The translations under genes were made by a program, and so were the position numbers. From the NCBI GenBank assembly GCA_033764015.1, contig JANRJK010000039.1, forward strand, positions 45,834 through 109,833: a stretch of 64,000 nucleotides of DNA, given 5' to 3'. The notes below the pieces were generated by a model. That model was given only the letters and a program-made list of their open reading frames with translations. It made no database searches and was not told the origin of the DNA. Source of the DNA: Candidatus Sumerlaeia bacterium (GTDB lineage Bacteria; Sumerlaeota; Sumerlaeia; SLMS01; JANRJK01). Shown piece by piece: positions 48,545-57,079 of this stretch (positions within the stretch are counted from its first letter, which is position 1; each line of letters begins with the position of its first letter).

Positions 48545-48647
48545 CGCTTGCGTCCTCGCGTCCGCGTGGGATTGAGTCACCATCCGATGGGGCGGGGGCG
48601 CGCGCGTCAAGGGCGCCCGCCGCGAACCCGCCACGGAGCCGCATGCC

Positions 48648-49031
48648 ATGGAGTTCCCCGCCCACCTCTGGGACGATCCCGCCGACCGCGAGCTGGCCCG
48701 CGGCGCCGCCGACCTCTTCGCCGACGCGCCGCTGGTGCTGACCGACCGGCTCGCCAACAGCGTCTTCCTCAGCCCCGCCGCGGAACGCCTCCTCGGCGAC
48801 CGGGCGCCGGCGCTGGTGAACCGCGCCTGCTACTCGCTCCTCGGCTTCGACTCCGGCGAGCGCCCTCCGGACGCCCTCGCCACCGCGCTCCTGGGCGAAC
48901 GCGAGCCCTGGAAGGCGATGGTGCTCCTCGCGGGCCGCGGCTGCCACGTCGAGGCCTCGGCCATCCGCCGCGGCGCGCGGCTCGTCTGCGGGGTGCTGCG
49001 CCTCACGCCGCGCACGGACGGCGGCCGATGA
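48648..49031 (+). CDS. Stand-alone PAS-like domain protein
   Basis: LVLTD…VFLSPAAERLLG…LVNRACYSLL; ATGA overlap with purN. Confidence 0.7.
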   Translation: MEFPAHLWDDPADRELARGAADLFADAPLVLTDRLANSVFLSPAAERLLGDRAPALVNRACYSLLGFDSGERPPDALATALLGEREPWKAMVLLAGRGCHVEASAIRRGARLVCGVLRLTPRTDGGR

Positions 49032-50251
49032 CCGGCCCCCGCGCCACCGCCGTCCTCGCCAGCGGGCGCGGCTCGAACCTCGAAGCGCTCCTCGAGGCGC
49101 AGCGCGCCGGCACGCTCCGGCACGCCCGCATCACGACGGTGCTCGCGAACCGCGAAGGCGTCCGCGCCCTCGAAGTCGCCCGCGCCCATGGCGTCGAGGC
49201 GCTCTGCGTGCCGCACCGCGGCTTCCCCGGCGACCGCCCCGCCCACGAGCGCGCGATCGTTGACTGTCTCAAGCAACGCGGGATCGAGCTGCTGGTCCTC
49301 GCGGGGTACGACCGCCTCCTCGCGGGGCCGCTGCTCGACGCCTTCCCCGGCGCCATGATCAACATCCACCCCTCTCTCCTTCCCGCGTTTCCAGGACTCC
49401 ACGCGGCGCGCCAGGCGGTCGAGTACGGCGTCCGCGTCGCGGGCTGCACGGTGCACTTCGTGACGGCGGAGATGGACGCGGGCCCCGTGATCCTGCAGCG
49501 CTCCGTCGCGGTGCTGCCGGGGGACGACGAGGCGGCGCTCGCCGCGCGGATCCTCGCGGAGGAGCACCGCGCGCTGCCCGAGGCGCTCGACCTCGTCGCC
49601 GCGGGCGCGCTCCGCATCGAGGGCCGCCGCGTGGTCCCCGTCCGCCGCCTGCCGCTGCTGCTCGCGACGGGGAACTCGCACAAGGTCGGCGAGCTCGCCG
49701 CGCTGCTCGCGGGGCTGCCGCTCGAACTCCGCACCACGCGCGAGTTCCCCGCGTTCACGGAACCGGAGGAGGACGGCGGCAGCTACGAGGAGAACGCCCT
49801 GCTGAAGGCGCGCGTGTGGCACGAACGCACCGGCCTGTGGTGCCTCGCGGACGACAGCGGCATCGAGGTGGACGCGCTCGGCGGGCGCCCCGGGCTGCAC
49901 AGCGCGCGCTACGCGAAGACGGCGGAGGCCCGGAACGCGAAGCTGCTGGCGGAACTGGCCGGCGCGCCGGAGGCCCGCCGCGGCGCCCGCTTCGTCTGCG
50001 TCGCGGCGCTGGTCGGCCCCGGCGTCGAACACAGCGCCCGCGGCACCATCGAAGGCCGCATCGCGGAGCAGCCCCGCGGCGCCCACGGCTTCGGTTACGA
50101 CCCCATTTTCGTCCCGTCCGAGTTCGCGCCCAGCCACCTCGCGGAATTGCCGGAGGAGCTGAAGAACCGCGTGAGCCACCGCGCGCGCGCGCTGGACGCG
50201 CTCCGGAGCGCGCTGCGAGCAGCGGTCCTAGGGCAGCTTCGAGAGCGCTGA
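49028..50251 (+). CDS. purN: Phosphoribosylglycinamide formyltransferase fused to RdgB/Ham1 non-canonical purine NTP pyrophosphatase
   Basis: ASGRGSNLEA, LAGY, INIHPSLLP.FPG, GCTVHFV…DAGP, then LATGNSHK..E, ENALLKA, ADDSGI.VDAL.G.PG.HSARY, GFGYDPIF, KNRVSHR in one frame. Confidence 0.92.
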   Translation: MTGPRATAVLASGRGSNLEALLEAQRAGTLRHARITTVLANREGVRALEVARAHGVEALCVPHRGFPGDRPAHERAIVDCLKQRGIELLVLAGYDRLLAGPLLDAFPGAMINIHPSLLPAFPGLHAARQAVEYGVRVAGCTVHFVTAEMDAGPVILQRSVAVLPGDDEAALAARILAEEHRALPEALDLVAAGALRIEGRRVVPVRRLPLLLATGNSHKVGELAALLAGLPLELRTTREFPAFTEPEEDGGSYEENALLKARVWHERTGLWCLADDSGIEVDALGGRPGLHSARYAKTAEARNAKLLAELAGAPEARRGARFVCVAALVGPGVEHSARGTIEGRIAEQPRGAHGFGYDPIFVPSEFAPSHLAELPEELKNRVSHRARALDALRSALRAAVLGQLRER

Positions 50252-50733
50252 TTGGACAGGCTCCGCTTGGCGCATTGCCCAGAATGCGCCGGACGATTGG
50301 CGCAAGCAATAGTTTCCGAATGCTGTGGATAGTTGCGCAAACGCTTTAGTGCGCCGGGGCCGGGTTGATTCCGGTTGGCTCCCGCGGAGCGCGGCCCGGA
50401 CAAGACCCCCGTTGTCTGCGCGATCCGGAACCCCTCACGCCGAACCCCCTGCCGTCACGCCACACCAACCTCGACCGATCCGAACACGACGGACCCCACC
50501 GCCCGGACCTGGTGCACGATGGTTTTGAGCAGCGACGCCCACACGACGACGCCCCGCAAAGCCCCTAGCAGTCAGCTCCACCGTACCCCGGCCCCCAAGG
50601 CCGCGGACCGGCGGCACCCCCTCGTGGACGGCGGACTGGGTTGAACCCCAGACGCGACCGCATGGGCGGACCGGTGCTACCCGCACCCCGCACACGCAAC
50701 GCCACCCCTTGCAACGAGAAAGGTTGCCACCTC

Positions 50734-51963
50734 ATGTCCACCAATTTTGCCAAGAAGGCCGCCATCGCCGCCGCCTTCGCCGCGCTTGCCGCCACCAGCG
50801 CCCAGGCGCAAGTCGACTTCGCCCAGCGCAACATCACGCAAGCTTACAGCCTGGCCGACCTCATCGCAGTCACCGGCGACGGCGTCACGCAGCTCAACGA
50901 CGTCGAGACCGCCACGGTGACCTCCGACGGCCGCCTCATCGTATCGCTCGAATCGAACGCTCCCACCGCGTTCAATAACTACCTCCTCGAGCTCTTCCCG
51001 AACGGGGACGGCACGAACCGCAGGGTCATCAACGAGGCGGGCCTTGACGCGGGCGACCTCTCCGGCACCGCCAGCGCCCCCGACTTCCGCTTCCAGACCG
51101 GTGTCGCCGTCTCGGGCGGAACCGCCGTCATGGCCGACTGGGATGTTCTCGCGGGCAGCGCGGAAACCCGCCTAGTCGCCGTCAACCTCGCCGCCGGCAC
51201 GGCCGCGAGCCTCGGCACCAGCAGCCCCGACCTCGAAGCCGGTTCGGATATCGTCCCCGTCGCCGGCGGCTACGCCTATATCCGCGGCGGCGGCAGCTTC
51301 GGCGCCAACGACTCGCTCTGGTTCATCGACGGCACCACCGGCGCGCGCACTCAGGTCCTCGCCGCGGCCGACTTCGAGACGGCTTCGGGCCTTGGCGCCG
51401 GCGCCGACTCGGGCTTCTTCACGCTCGCGACGGATTCGACCAACCGCCTCTACATTGTCGCGCAGGACACGACGGCCGCCGGCACCACGACCGCTCCCCG
51501 TTCTCGCATCCTCCGCCTCGACAACCCGACCGTCGCCTCCACCGCAGCTAACCTGACGAACGTCACCCCTGCTCCCTGGGAGACGATCGGCATCCGCAAC
51601 TTCGCCGTCGACACCGCCGGAAACTTCTATATCACCGCGGTCCAGACGGGGGCGACCCCCCTCGCGGGCCAAGCGACGCTCCGCGTGTGGAACGGCACCT
51701 CGGAAGTCGTGAGCCTCACCACGGACGCGCTCGTCGCCGCCGCCGTCAATCCGGATCCGGCCGCGAACGCATTCGACGTGCGCTTCACGGTCGGCCTCAC
51801 GGGCCGCACCATCAGCGCCACGCAGTCCGAAGTGTACCTCGTGAACCGCAACGACGGCGTCGACCAGGGTGTTGCCGGCGACACCTACTCGATCCTGCGC
51901 GTCGTGTTCGGTGCGTCGACGGCCCCCGCATCGGCCTCCGGCGCCTGGTCGCTCTACGAGTAA
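50734..51963 (+). CDS. Secreted beta-propeller-like surface protein with tail …PASASGAWSLYE
   Basis: Signal peptide (AQA-Q), Ala/Thr/Gly-rich, no Cys, FAVDTAGNFYI and LATDSTNRLYI blades; RBS GAAAGG. Confidence 0.82.
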   Translation: MSTNFAKKAAIAAAFAALAATSAQAQVDFAQRNITQAYSLADLIAVTGDGVTQLNDVETATVTSDGRLIVSLESNAPTAFNNYLLELFPNGDGTNRRVINEAGLDAGDLSGTASAPDFRFQTGVAVSGGTAVMADWDVLAGSAETRLVAVNLAAGTAASLGTSSPDLEAGSDIVPVAGGYAYIRGGGSFGANDSLWFIDGTTGARTQVLAAADFETASGLGAGADSGFFTLATDSTNRLYIVAQDTTAAGTTTAPRSRILRLDNPTVASTAANLTNVTPAPWETIGIRNFAVDTAGNFYITAVQTGATPLAGQATLRVWNGTSEVVSLTTDALVAAAVNPDPAANAFDVRFTVGLTGRTISATQSEVYLVNRNDGVDQGVAGDTYSILRVVFGASTAPASASGAWSLYE

Positions 51964-51972
51964 TCGCGGAAC

Positions 51973-52008
51973 CCGGTCGGCGGCGGAACGACTCCCGCCG
52001 CTGACCGG
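51973..52008 (+). terminator. Strong hairpin after gene (terminator or stabiliser)
   Basis: CCGGTCGGCGGCGG / CCGCCGCTGACCGG stem followed by AATTCCCTT. Confidence 0.5.
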
Positions 52009-52190
52009 AATTCCCTTGCGTTGCCCTGCTGGGCACCGCAGCCTGATTCTAAGCTCTGTTTGGTTCGTTAGAACCCATCCATATCCGACCGGTCCCCGAC
52101 ATCGCCCGCCCCTCCCCGGCGTTGCCACACCTCGACCGACGCGCGGCATCCCTCCCGCCGCGCCCAACCCAGAAAAGGACACACAGAACG

Positions 52191-53015
52191 ATGCGTAAGT
52201 CGTTTGCTCTCTCGCTGGCGGTCGCCGGCATCGTCGCCCTCGGCAACACCGCCTCGGCGCAGTTGGTCTACGAGTCGAACTTCACCAACCTCACCGTGGG
52301 CGAATTGAACGGCCAAGGTGGTTGGACCTTTTCCGGCACAAACACCACCCCCGTCATTAACGTCGCTACAACTGACGTGAACTATCCCGGGCTTGCGGCT
52401 CAGGGCGGGGATCGCTCGCTCACGATGGTCGCGGGCGGCCAAGACGTCGGTGCCTCTTTCACTCTCGTTCCCGCGACTGACGGAACCGCCCTCTACGCTT
52501 CATTTGTGTTTGAAGTCACGGACCAGGTGGCCTTCGCTCAGGTCGACGCTCCGGCCACGAATCCTGCCCAGAGCAACACCGACGACGATTACTTTGCTCA
52601 CTTCACCGAAGGCACCCTCGCTTCTGGGACCGGCTTCCGCGGCCGCGTCTTCATCGACAAGGGCGCGACTGGATTCTACCTCGGCATCCGCAACACTACG
52701 GGTGATCCGGCTGTCTACGCACCCACGGAGTACGCGTTCGGAACGCCCACATTCCTCGTCCTCAAGATGAACTTCGTGGCGGGCAACGACACTGCGGAGA
52801 TTTTCGTGAACCAGATCGGCGCCTCCGAGCCTGCTTCGCCCGACGCGGAGGATACGGTCAACGCAGTCGCCTTCGCGGACATCGGACGTATCGGTTTCCG
52901 GCAGGACAGCGGTGCCGAGACTCCCTTCATCCGCATCGACCGTGTGCGTGTTGCGTCTTCTTGGAGCGCTGTCGTTCAGGGCGCCTCCTCCGTCGAAACC
53001 TGGAACCTGATGTAA
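52191..53015 (+). CDS. Secreted beta-sandwich (ConA/LamG-like) protein with tail …ASSVETWNLM
   Basis: Signal peptide (ASA-Q), GELNGQGGW, IDRVRVASSW; RBS AAAGGA; many T-ending codons. Confidence 0.85.
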   Translation: MRKSFALSLAVAGIVALGNTASAQLVYESNFTNLTVGELNGQGGWTFSGTNTTPVINVATTDVNYPGLAAQGGDRSLTMVAGGQDVGASFTLVPATDGTALYASFVFEVTDQVAFAQVDAPATNPAQSNTDDDYFAHFTEGTLASGTGFRGRVFIDKGATGFYLGIRNTTGDPAVYAPTEYAFGTPTFLVLKMNFVAGNDTAEIFVNQIGASEPASPDAEDTVNAVAFADIGRIGFRQDSGAETPFIRIDRVRVASSWSAVVQGASSVETWNLM

Positions 53016-53093
53016 CCAACACCGCCCGCTCGCGGGTGGACGAAGTACCGCGCTCTCGGACCGTGCTCCTGCCAGGGTAAGTGTCCGAACAAC

Positions 53094-53138
53094 CGCCGAG
53101 CCCCCCGGGACCGCAACTCCCGGGGGGCTCGGTGTTTT
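53094..53138 (+). terminator. Intrinsic terminator
   Basis: 17-bp stem CGCCGAGCCCCCCGGGA / TCCCGGGGGGCTCGGTG followed by TTTT. Confidence 0.8.
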
Positions 53139-53340
53139 GCCCCGACTGGTATCCGTGGATCCCTTCCAGGACGTCGCGTGCCGCTCGCCTCGGACAACCC
53201 TGCACGAATGCGGGGAGCCATGGCGTGATTGGACTTGCCTCAGCATTGCGCTAATCTAGGGTGGGTGTGTTCATCGGTAGGAGTAACCGCCGAAGGACTG
53301 GGGAGTTGTTTCAAGGACGTGGGTCTTGGAGTGTGGAGCA

Positions 53341-54027
53341 ATGGTACGTGGATCAGGAATCGCCCTGCTGGATCTGCTTGGGCCGCACCCCGCGGGGTGT
53401 GCGGAGACGCTACGGTCCGCCGGTTTCGCTATCGACAGCCACGACACTGGAACCCTGGAGGAAGCCGCCTCGGTGGGGCGCCATCCGGCGTTGGTGCTCA
53501 TCCAGCACCACGCCTCGGACCCCGGCTGGCATAGCGCGATGGGGGGCGTCCGGCGCGCTTGCCGCGCCCCGGTGGTGCTTCTGCAGGCGGACCACGACCC
53601 GCACGTGCGCGCCGAGGCCTACCGCCACGGCGCCGACGAGGTGATCGGGCTTCCCTGTTCCGAGGCGGAACTGCGGCGCCGCGTCGCCTGCCATCTGGAC
53701 CACTCCATGGCGAAGTCGCTCTGGGTGTTCCTCGCCCCGATGGGGCTCCAGCTCGACTACGAGATGCAGACGGCGCGGCTGAACGGTTGCGAGCTGCTGC
53801 TCACGCCGAGCGAGTTCAAGCTGCTCGGTTATCTGGCGCGTCGCTCCGGCGACATCGTGCCGAAGCTCGAACTGATCGGCCTGCTCGGCGGGCCAAGCAC
53901 GGAATCCGACGGCACCTCGACGCTGGAAACGCACCTCTCGCGGCTTCGCAAGAAGATGCGCGGCTGCGCGCCCGGCTGCGATCCGATCGAGGCGATCAAC
54001 CGGGTGGGCTACCGCTTCAACCCGTAG
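53341..54027 (+). CDS. OmpR/PhoB-family regulator with degenerate receiver domain
   Basis: Winged helix LTPSEFKLL.YL…TLETHLSRLRKK…I.AI.RVGYRF; receiver GADEVIGLP lacks the canonical Asp and Lys. Confidence 0.85.
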   Translation: MVRGSGIALLDLLGPHPAGCAETLRSAGFAIDSHDTGTLEEAASVGRHPALVLIQHHASDPGWHSAMGGVRRACRAPVVLLQADHDPHVRAEAYRHGADEVIGLPCSEAELRRRVACHLDHSMAKSLWVFLAPMGLQLDYEMQTARLNGCELLLTPSEFKLLGYLARRSGDIVPKLELIGLLGGPSTESDGTSTLETHLSRLRKKMRGCAPGCDPIEAINRVGYRFNP

Positions 54028-55135
54028 GGCTGGCGACCTCGTTGTAGAGCGTGTCGCGCTGCACCGGCGTGCGCCCGCAGGCGCGGATGTGGTGCTCCAA
54101 GTCGGCCACCGTCATGCCGTGCGGCGTCTTCGCGCCGGCGTCGTGGTAGATCTCCTCGTGCACCACCGTCCCGTCGATGTCGTCGGCGCCGAACCACTGG
54201 GCGAGCTGCGCCTGCTTGATGCCCAGCATGATCCAGTAAGCCTTCACGTGCGAGATGTTGTCGAGGTAGAGGCGCGAGATGGCGACCGTCTGCAGTTCGA
54301 GGAAGCCCGCCGGCGCGGGCAGGTGCTTGAACTCCGTGTTGGCCGGGTGGAAGCTCAGCGGGATGAAGCACTGGAAGCCGCCGAACTCGTCCTGGTGGCG
54401 GCGGAGCCGGTCCAAGTGGTCGATGCGGTGGCGCGGCTCCTCGATGTGCCCGTACAGCATGGTGCAGTTCGAGCGGAAGCCCATCCGGTGCAGCTCGCGG
54501 TGCGTTTCGAACCAGCCCTCCGCGTCGCACTTGTGCTCGCAGATTTTCTCGCGCACTTCTTCGTCGAAGATCTCCGCGCCGCCGCCGGGCATCGATCCCA
54601 TCCCCGCCTCCGCCAACTGCTCGAGGACCGCCCGGACCGTCATCTTCGACATCCGCGCGATGAAGACCACCTCGACCGGCGTGAGCGTCTTGATGTGGAC
54701 GCGCGGGAAGGCGTCCTTCAGCGCGCGGACATAGCCGCAGTAGTATTCGATCTTGAGCCGCGGATCGAGGCCGCCGACGAGGTGGATCTCGGTGCAGCCC
54801 GCGGGCATTTGCCGCCGCGCGCGCTCGACGATCTCCTCCGGCTTCAGGATGTACGACTCGGGGTTGAACGCCTTCCGCCCGAACGCGCAGAACTTGCACG
54901 ACATGAAGCAGGTGTTGGTCGGGTTGATGTGCAGGTTGATGTTGTAGAACGTCTTCGCGCCGTGGAGCCGCTCGCGGACGTGGTTGGCGAGCGCGCCGAT
55001 GGCGGGCAGGTCGAAGCTGTCGTAGAGCAGCAGGCCGTCGTCGATCGACAGGCGCTCGCCGGCGTAGACCTTTTCGGCGATCGGTACCAGGCGCGGATCC
55101 GCGGGGCGGATGGCGGAGTCGGCGAGCGTGGGCAT
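54017..55135 (-). CDS. mqnE: Aminofutalosine synthase (radical SAM, futalosine menaquinone pathway)
   Basis: HINPTNTCFMSCKFCAF, PGGGAEIF, TMLYGHIE, HVKAYWIMLG, FGADDIDGTV.HE.IYHDAGA. Confidence 0.9.
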   Translation of the reverse strand: MPTLADSAIRPADPRLVPIAEKVYAGERLSIDDGLLLYDSFDLPAIGALANHVRERLHGAKTFYNINLHINPTNTCFMSCKFCAFGRKAFNPESYILKPEEIVERARRQMPAGCTEIHLVGGLDPRLKIEYYCGYVRALKDAFPRVHIKTLTPVEVVFIARMSKMTVRAVLEQLAEAGMGSMPGGGAEIFDEEVREKICEHKCDAEGWFETHRELHRMGFRSNCTMLYGHIEEPRHRIDHLDRLRRHQDEFGGFQCFIPLSFHPANTEFKHLPAPAGFLELQTVAISRLYLDNISHVKAYWIMLGIKQAQLAQWFGADDIDGTVVHEEIYHDAGAKTPHGMTVADLEHHIRACGRTPVQRDTLYNEVASPTG

Positions 55136-55204
55136 CTTCGGGGGGCCTTTCTTCATCGGGGGCGTCGTCGCCCCGTGCATCTGCTAGGCAAACGCGGCGC
55201 CAGC

Positions 55205-57079
55205 CTACAGCCAGGAGCGCCGGCAGTAGACGGCCCACTCCGCCCCGAGCACCACGAAGCCGAGCAAGGCCAGCCAATGCCAAACTTCGCGGTTCGCGCG
55301 CAGCGGCCCGGAGCCGCCGGTGATCGTCCGCCCCGCCACCGAGAGCTCCTCCACCGGGGTGATGTTGGTTTCGAGGGGGCTCGCGAGGTTGACGGCGATC
55401 TCGCGCTCCGTTCCGTCCGGGAAGGCGACACGGTATGTGCCCGCCTTCGCCGTGTCGGTGAGGAAGGCGGTTTCGGAGCCGGCGAATTCGAGCGCCAGCT
55501 TCTCCCCGGAGGGGGTGGCGACCTCGCAGCGTTCGACGCCCGGCGGGGCGAGGACGGGGATCACGCTCCCCGCCGCGTATGCCGAGCGGGAGGACTCGCC
55601 GCCCGCGCGCCGCGAGTAGTCGATCACGTTCGATACGAAGATCGGGAAGCTCACGTCGACCGGCCAGAAGGACTTGAAGATGTCGAAGCCCACCACCACG
55701 ACGCGCTGCGTGTCGGTCTCCCAGAGGGCGATCAGGTCCGAGTCGGTGCCGGACACCAGCGGCACCGCGGCGCGCGGCAGCTCGAGGCGCTTCGCCGCGC
55801 CCACCAGCACGCGGTCCATGTTCACGAAGCGCATCAGCGGATGGACGCGGTTCCAATCGACGATGGGCGGGTTCTCGAGCGCGTCGCCCGCCGCGAAGCC
55901 CGGCAGCGGCGGCGTCGCGTTGATGAACAGGAACGTCCCGCGTCCCAGCGTCGGCGGCGCGTTGCCGTCGAAGACCGTCAGGTCGAAGGGCTCGCGCAGG
56001 TTCGGGTAGTCGATCGGCGTGACGCGGCGCACTTCGACCTTCGGGTCCACGTTGAAAGCGTTCTCGAGGAAGAAGTTGCCGGTGCTGACCACGAGGATCG
56101 ACAGCGGCCGGGGGGGGGCGACGATCGCGCGGGCGGTGTTGTCCAGCGCCAGCCGGTCGCGGTTCGTCAGAACCGCGGAGATCTCGCCCGCCGTGCCCTG
56201 CGGCAGCGTGAACACGAGCGATCCGTTCTTGCCGGGCTCGAGCGGGAGGCGCTTCACATCGAGGCTCCGGGCGCCGGCGAAGAGCTCCACCTCGAGGTCG
56301 CGAGCTTCCGACGAGGCGTTGTCCAGGCTGACGAACACCTGCTGCTCGAAGTCCACGTTGAACGATTCGCGGACGTCGATGCCGGTGATGCCGGCGTTGT
56401 CCGCGAGCGTCCCGACGGGGAGGAACTCGACTTTGCCGACGTCCGCGAGGTCGTCCGCGGCGCCGAGCGCGCCGTCGCTGATGAGGACCGTCTTGGTGTT
56501 GGGCTTCAGCACGCGCGAGTTGTCCGTGTTCACCTGCGTCGTGAGGCCGAGGAGGATGCGCATGGTCTCCTCGAGGTCGGCCTGCGTGTCGCGCGGCTGG
56601 ATCGAGTCGACCGCGGCGCGGAGCAGCCCCTTGTCGCCGGTCAGCGTCTGGACGATCTGCGTGCGGTCCGCGAACGCGAGGACGATCATGGCGTCGTCCT
56701 CGGTCATGCGCTCGATCACGCCGCGCGCCTTCTCGCGCGCGTCGTCGAGGCGCGAGCCCTCGCCGGCGTCGGTGGCCTGCATGGAGGCGCTCTGGTCCAC
56801 CAGCAGCACATACGTCGTGCCGCCGGAATCGAGCAGGTCCATCATCGGGCGCGCCAGCGCGAGGATCAGCGCCGCGAGCGCCAGCAGTTGCAGCCACATC
56901 AGCAGGTTGTTGCGCAGCTTCTGGAACGGCGCGTTCGCCATGAGGTCCTGCACGGAGCGGCGCCAGAGCAGCGTGCTCGGCACCACCTCGCGGCGGCGCT
57001 TCAGCTTGAGCATGTAGAACAGCACGATCAGCGGAAGCAGCGGGAGCGCGAGGAACGCGGCGCCGGACAGGAACGTCAT
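55205..57079 (-). CDS. BatA-N + von Willebrand A domain membrane protein
   Basis: PLIVLFYMLKLKRR..VPSTLLW, LALARP, MIDAS DQSAS, LISDG, C-terminal TM …EW. Confidence 0.9.
   Translation of the reverse strand: MTFLSGAAFLALPLLPLIVLFYMLKLKRRREVVPSTLLWRRSVQDLMANAPFQKLRNNLLMWLQLLALAALILALARPMMDLLDSGGTTYVLLVDQSASMQATDAGEGSRLDDAREKARGVIERMTEDDAMIVLAFADRTQIVQTLTGDKGLLRAAVDSIQPRDTQADLEETMRILLGLTTQVNTDNSRVLKPNTKTVLISDGALGAADDLADVGKVEFLPVGTLADNAGITGIDVRESFNVDFEQQVFVSLDNASSEARDLEVELFAGARSLDVKRLPLEPGKNGSLVFTLPQGTAGEISAVLTNRDRLALDNTARAIVAPPRPLSILVVSTGNFFLENAFNVDPKVEVRRVTPIDYPNLREPFDLTVFDGNAPPTLGRGTFLFINATPPLPGFAAGDALENPPIVDWNRVHPLMRFVNMDRVLVGAAKRLELPRAAVPLVSGTDSDLIALWETDTQRVVVVGFDIFKSFWPVDVSFPIFVSNVIDYSRRAGGESSRSAYAAGSVIPVLAPPGVERCEVATPSGEKLALEFAGSETAFLTDTAKAGTYRVAFPDGTEREIAVNLASPLETNITPVEELSVAGRTITGGSGPLRANREVWHWLALLGFVVLGAEWAVYCRRSWL

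Noticed and set aside
50333..50349. TTGCGCAAACGCTTTA as a LacI-family operator
   Set aside because: Only the left half-site fits, symmetry is poor, and there is no LacI gene in the window.
50545..50600. GCAAAGCC resembling the c-di-GMP-I riboswitch junction
   Set aside because: The upstream GGCAAA P1 element with a GNRA-type loop and the downstream receptor stem are not identifiable.
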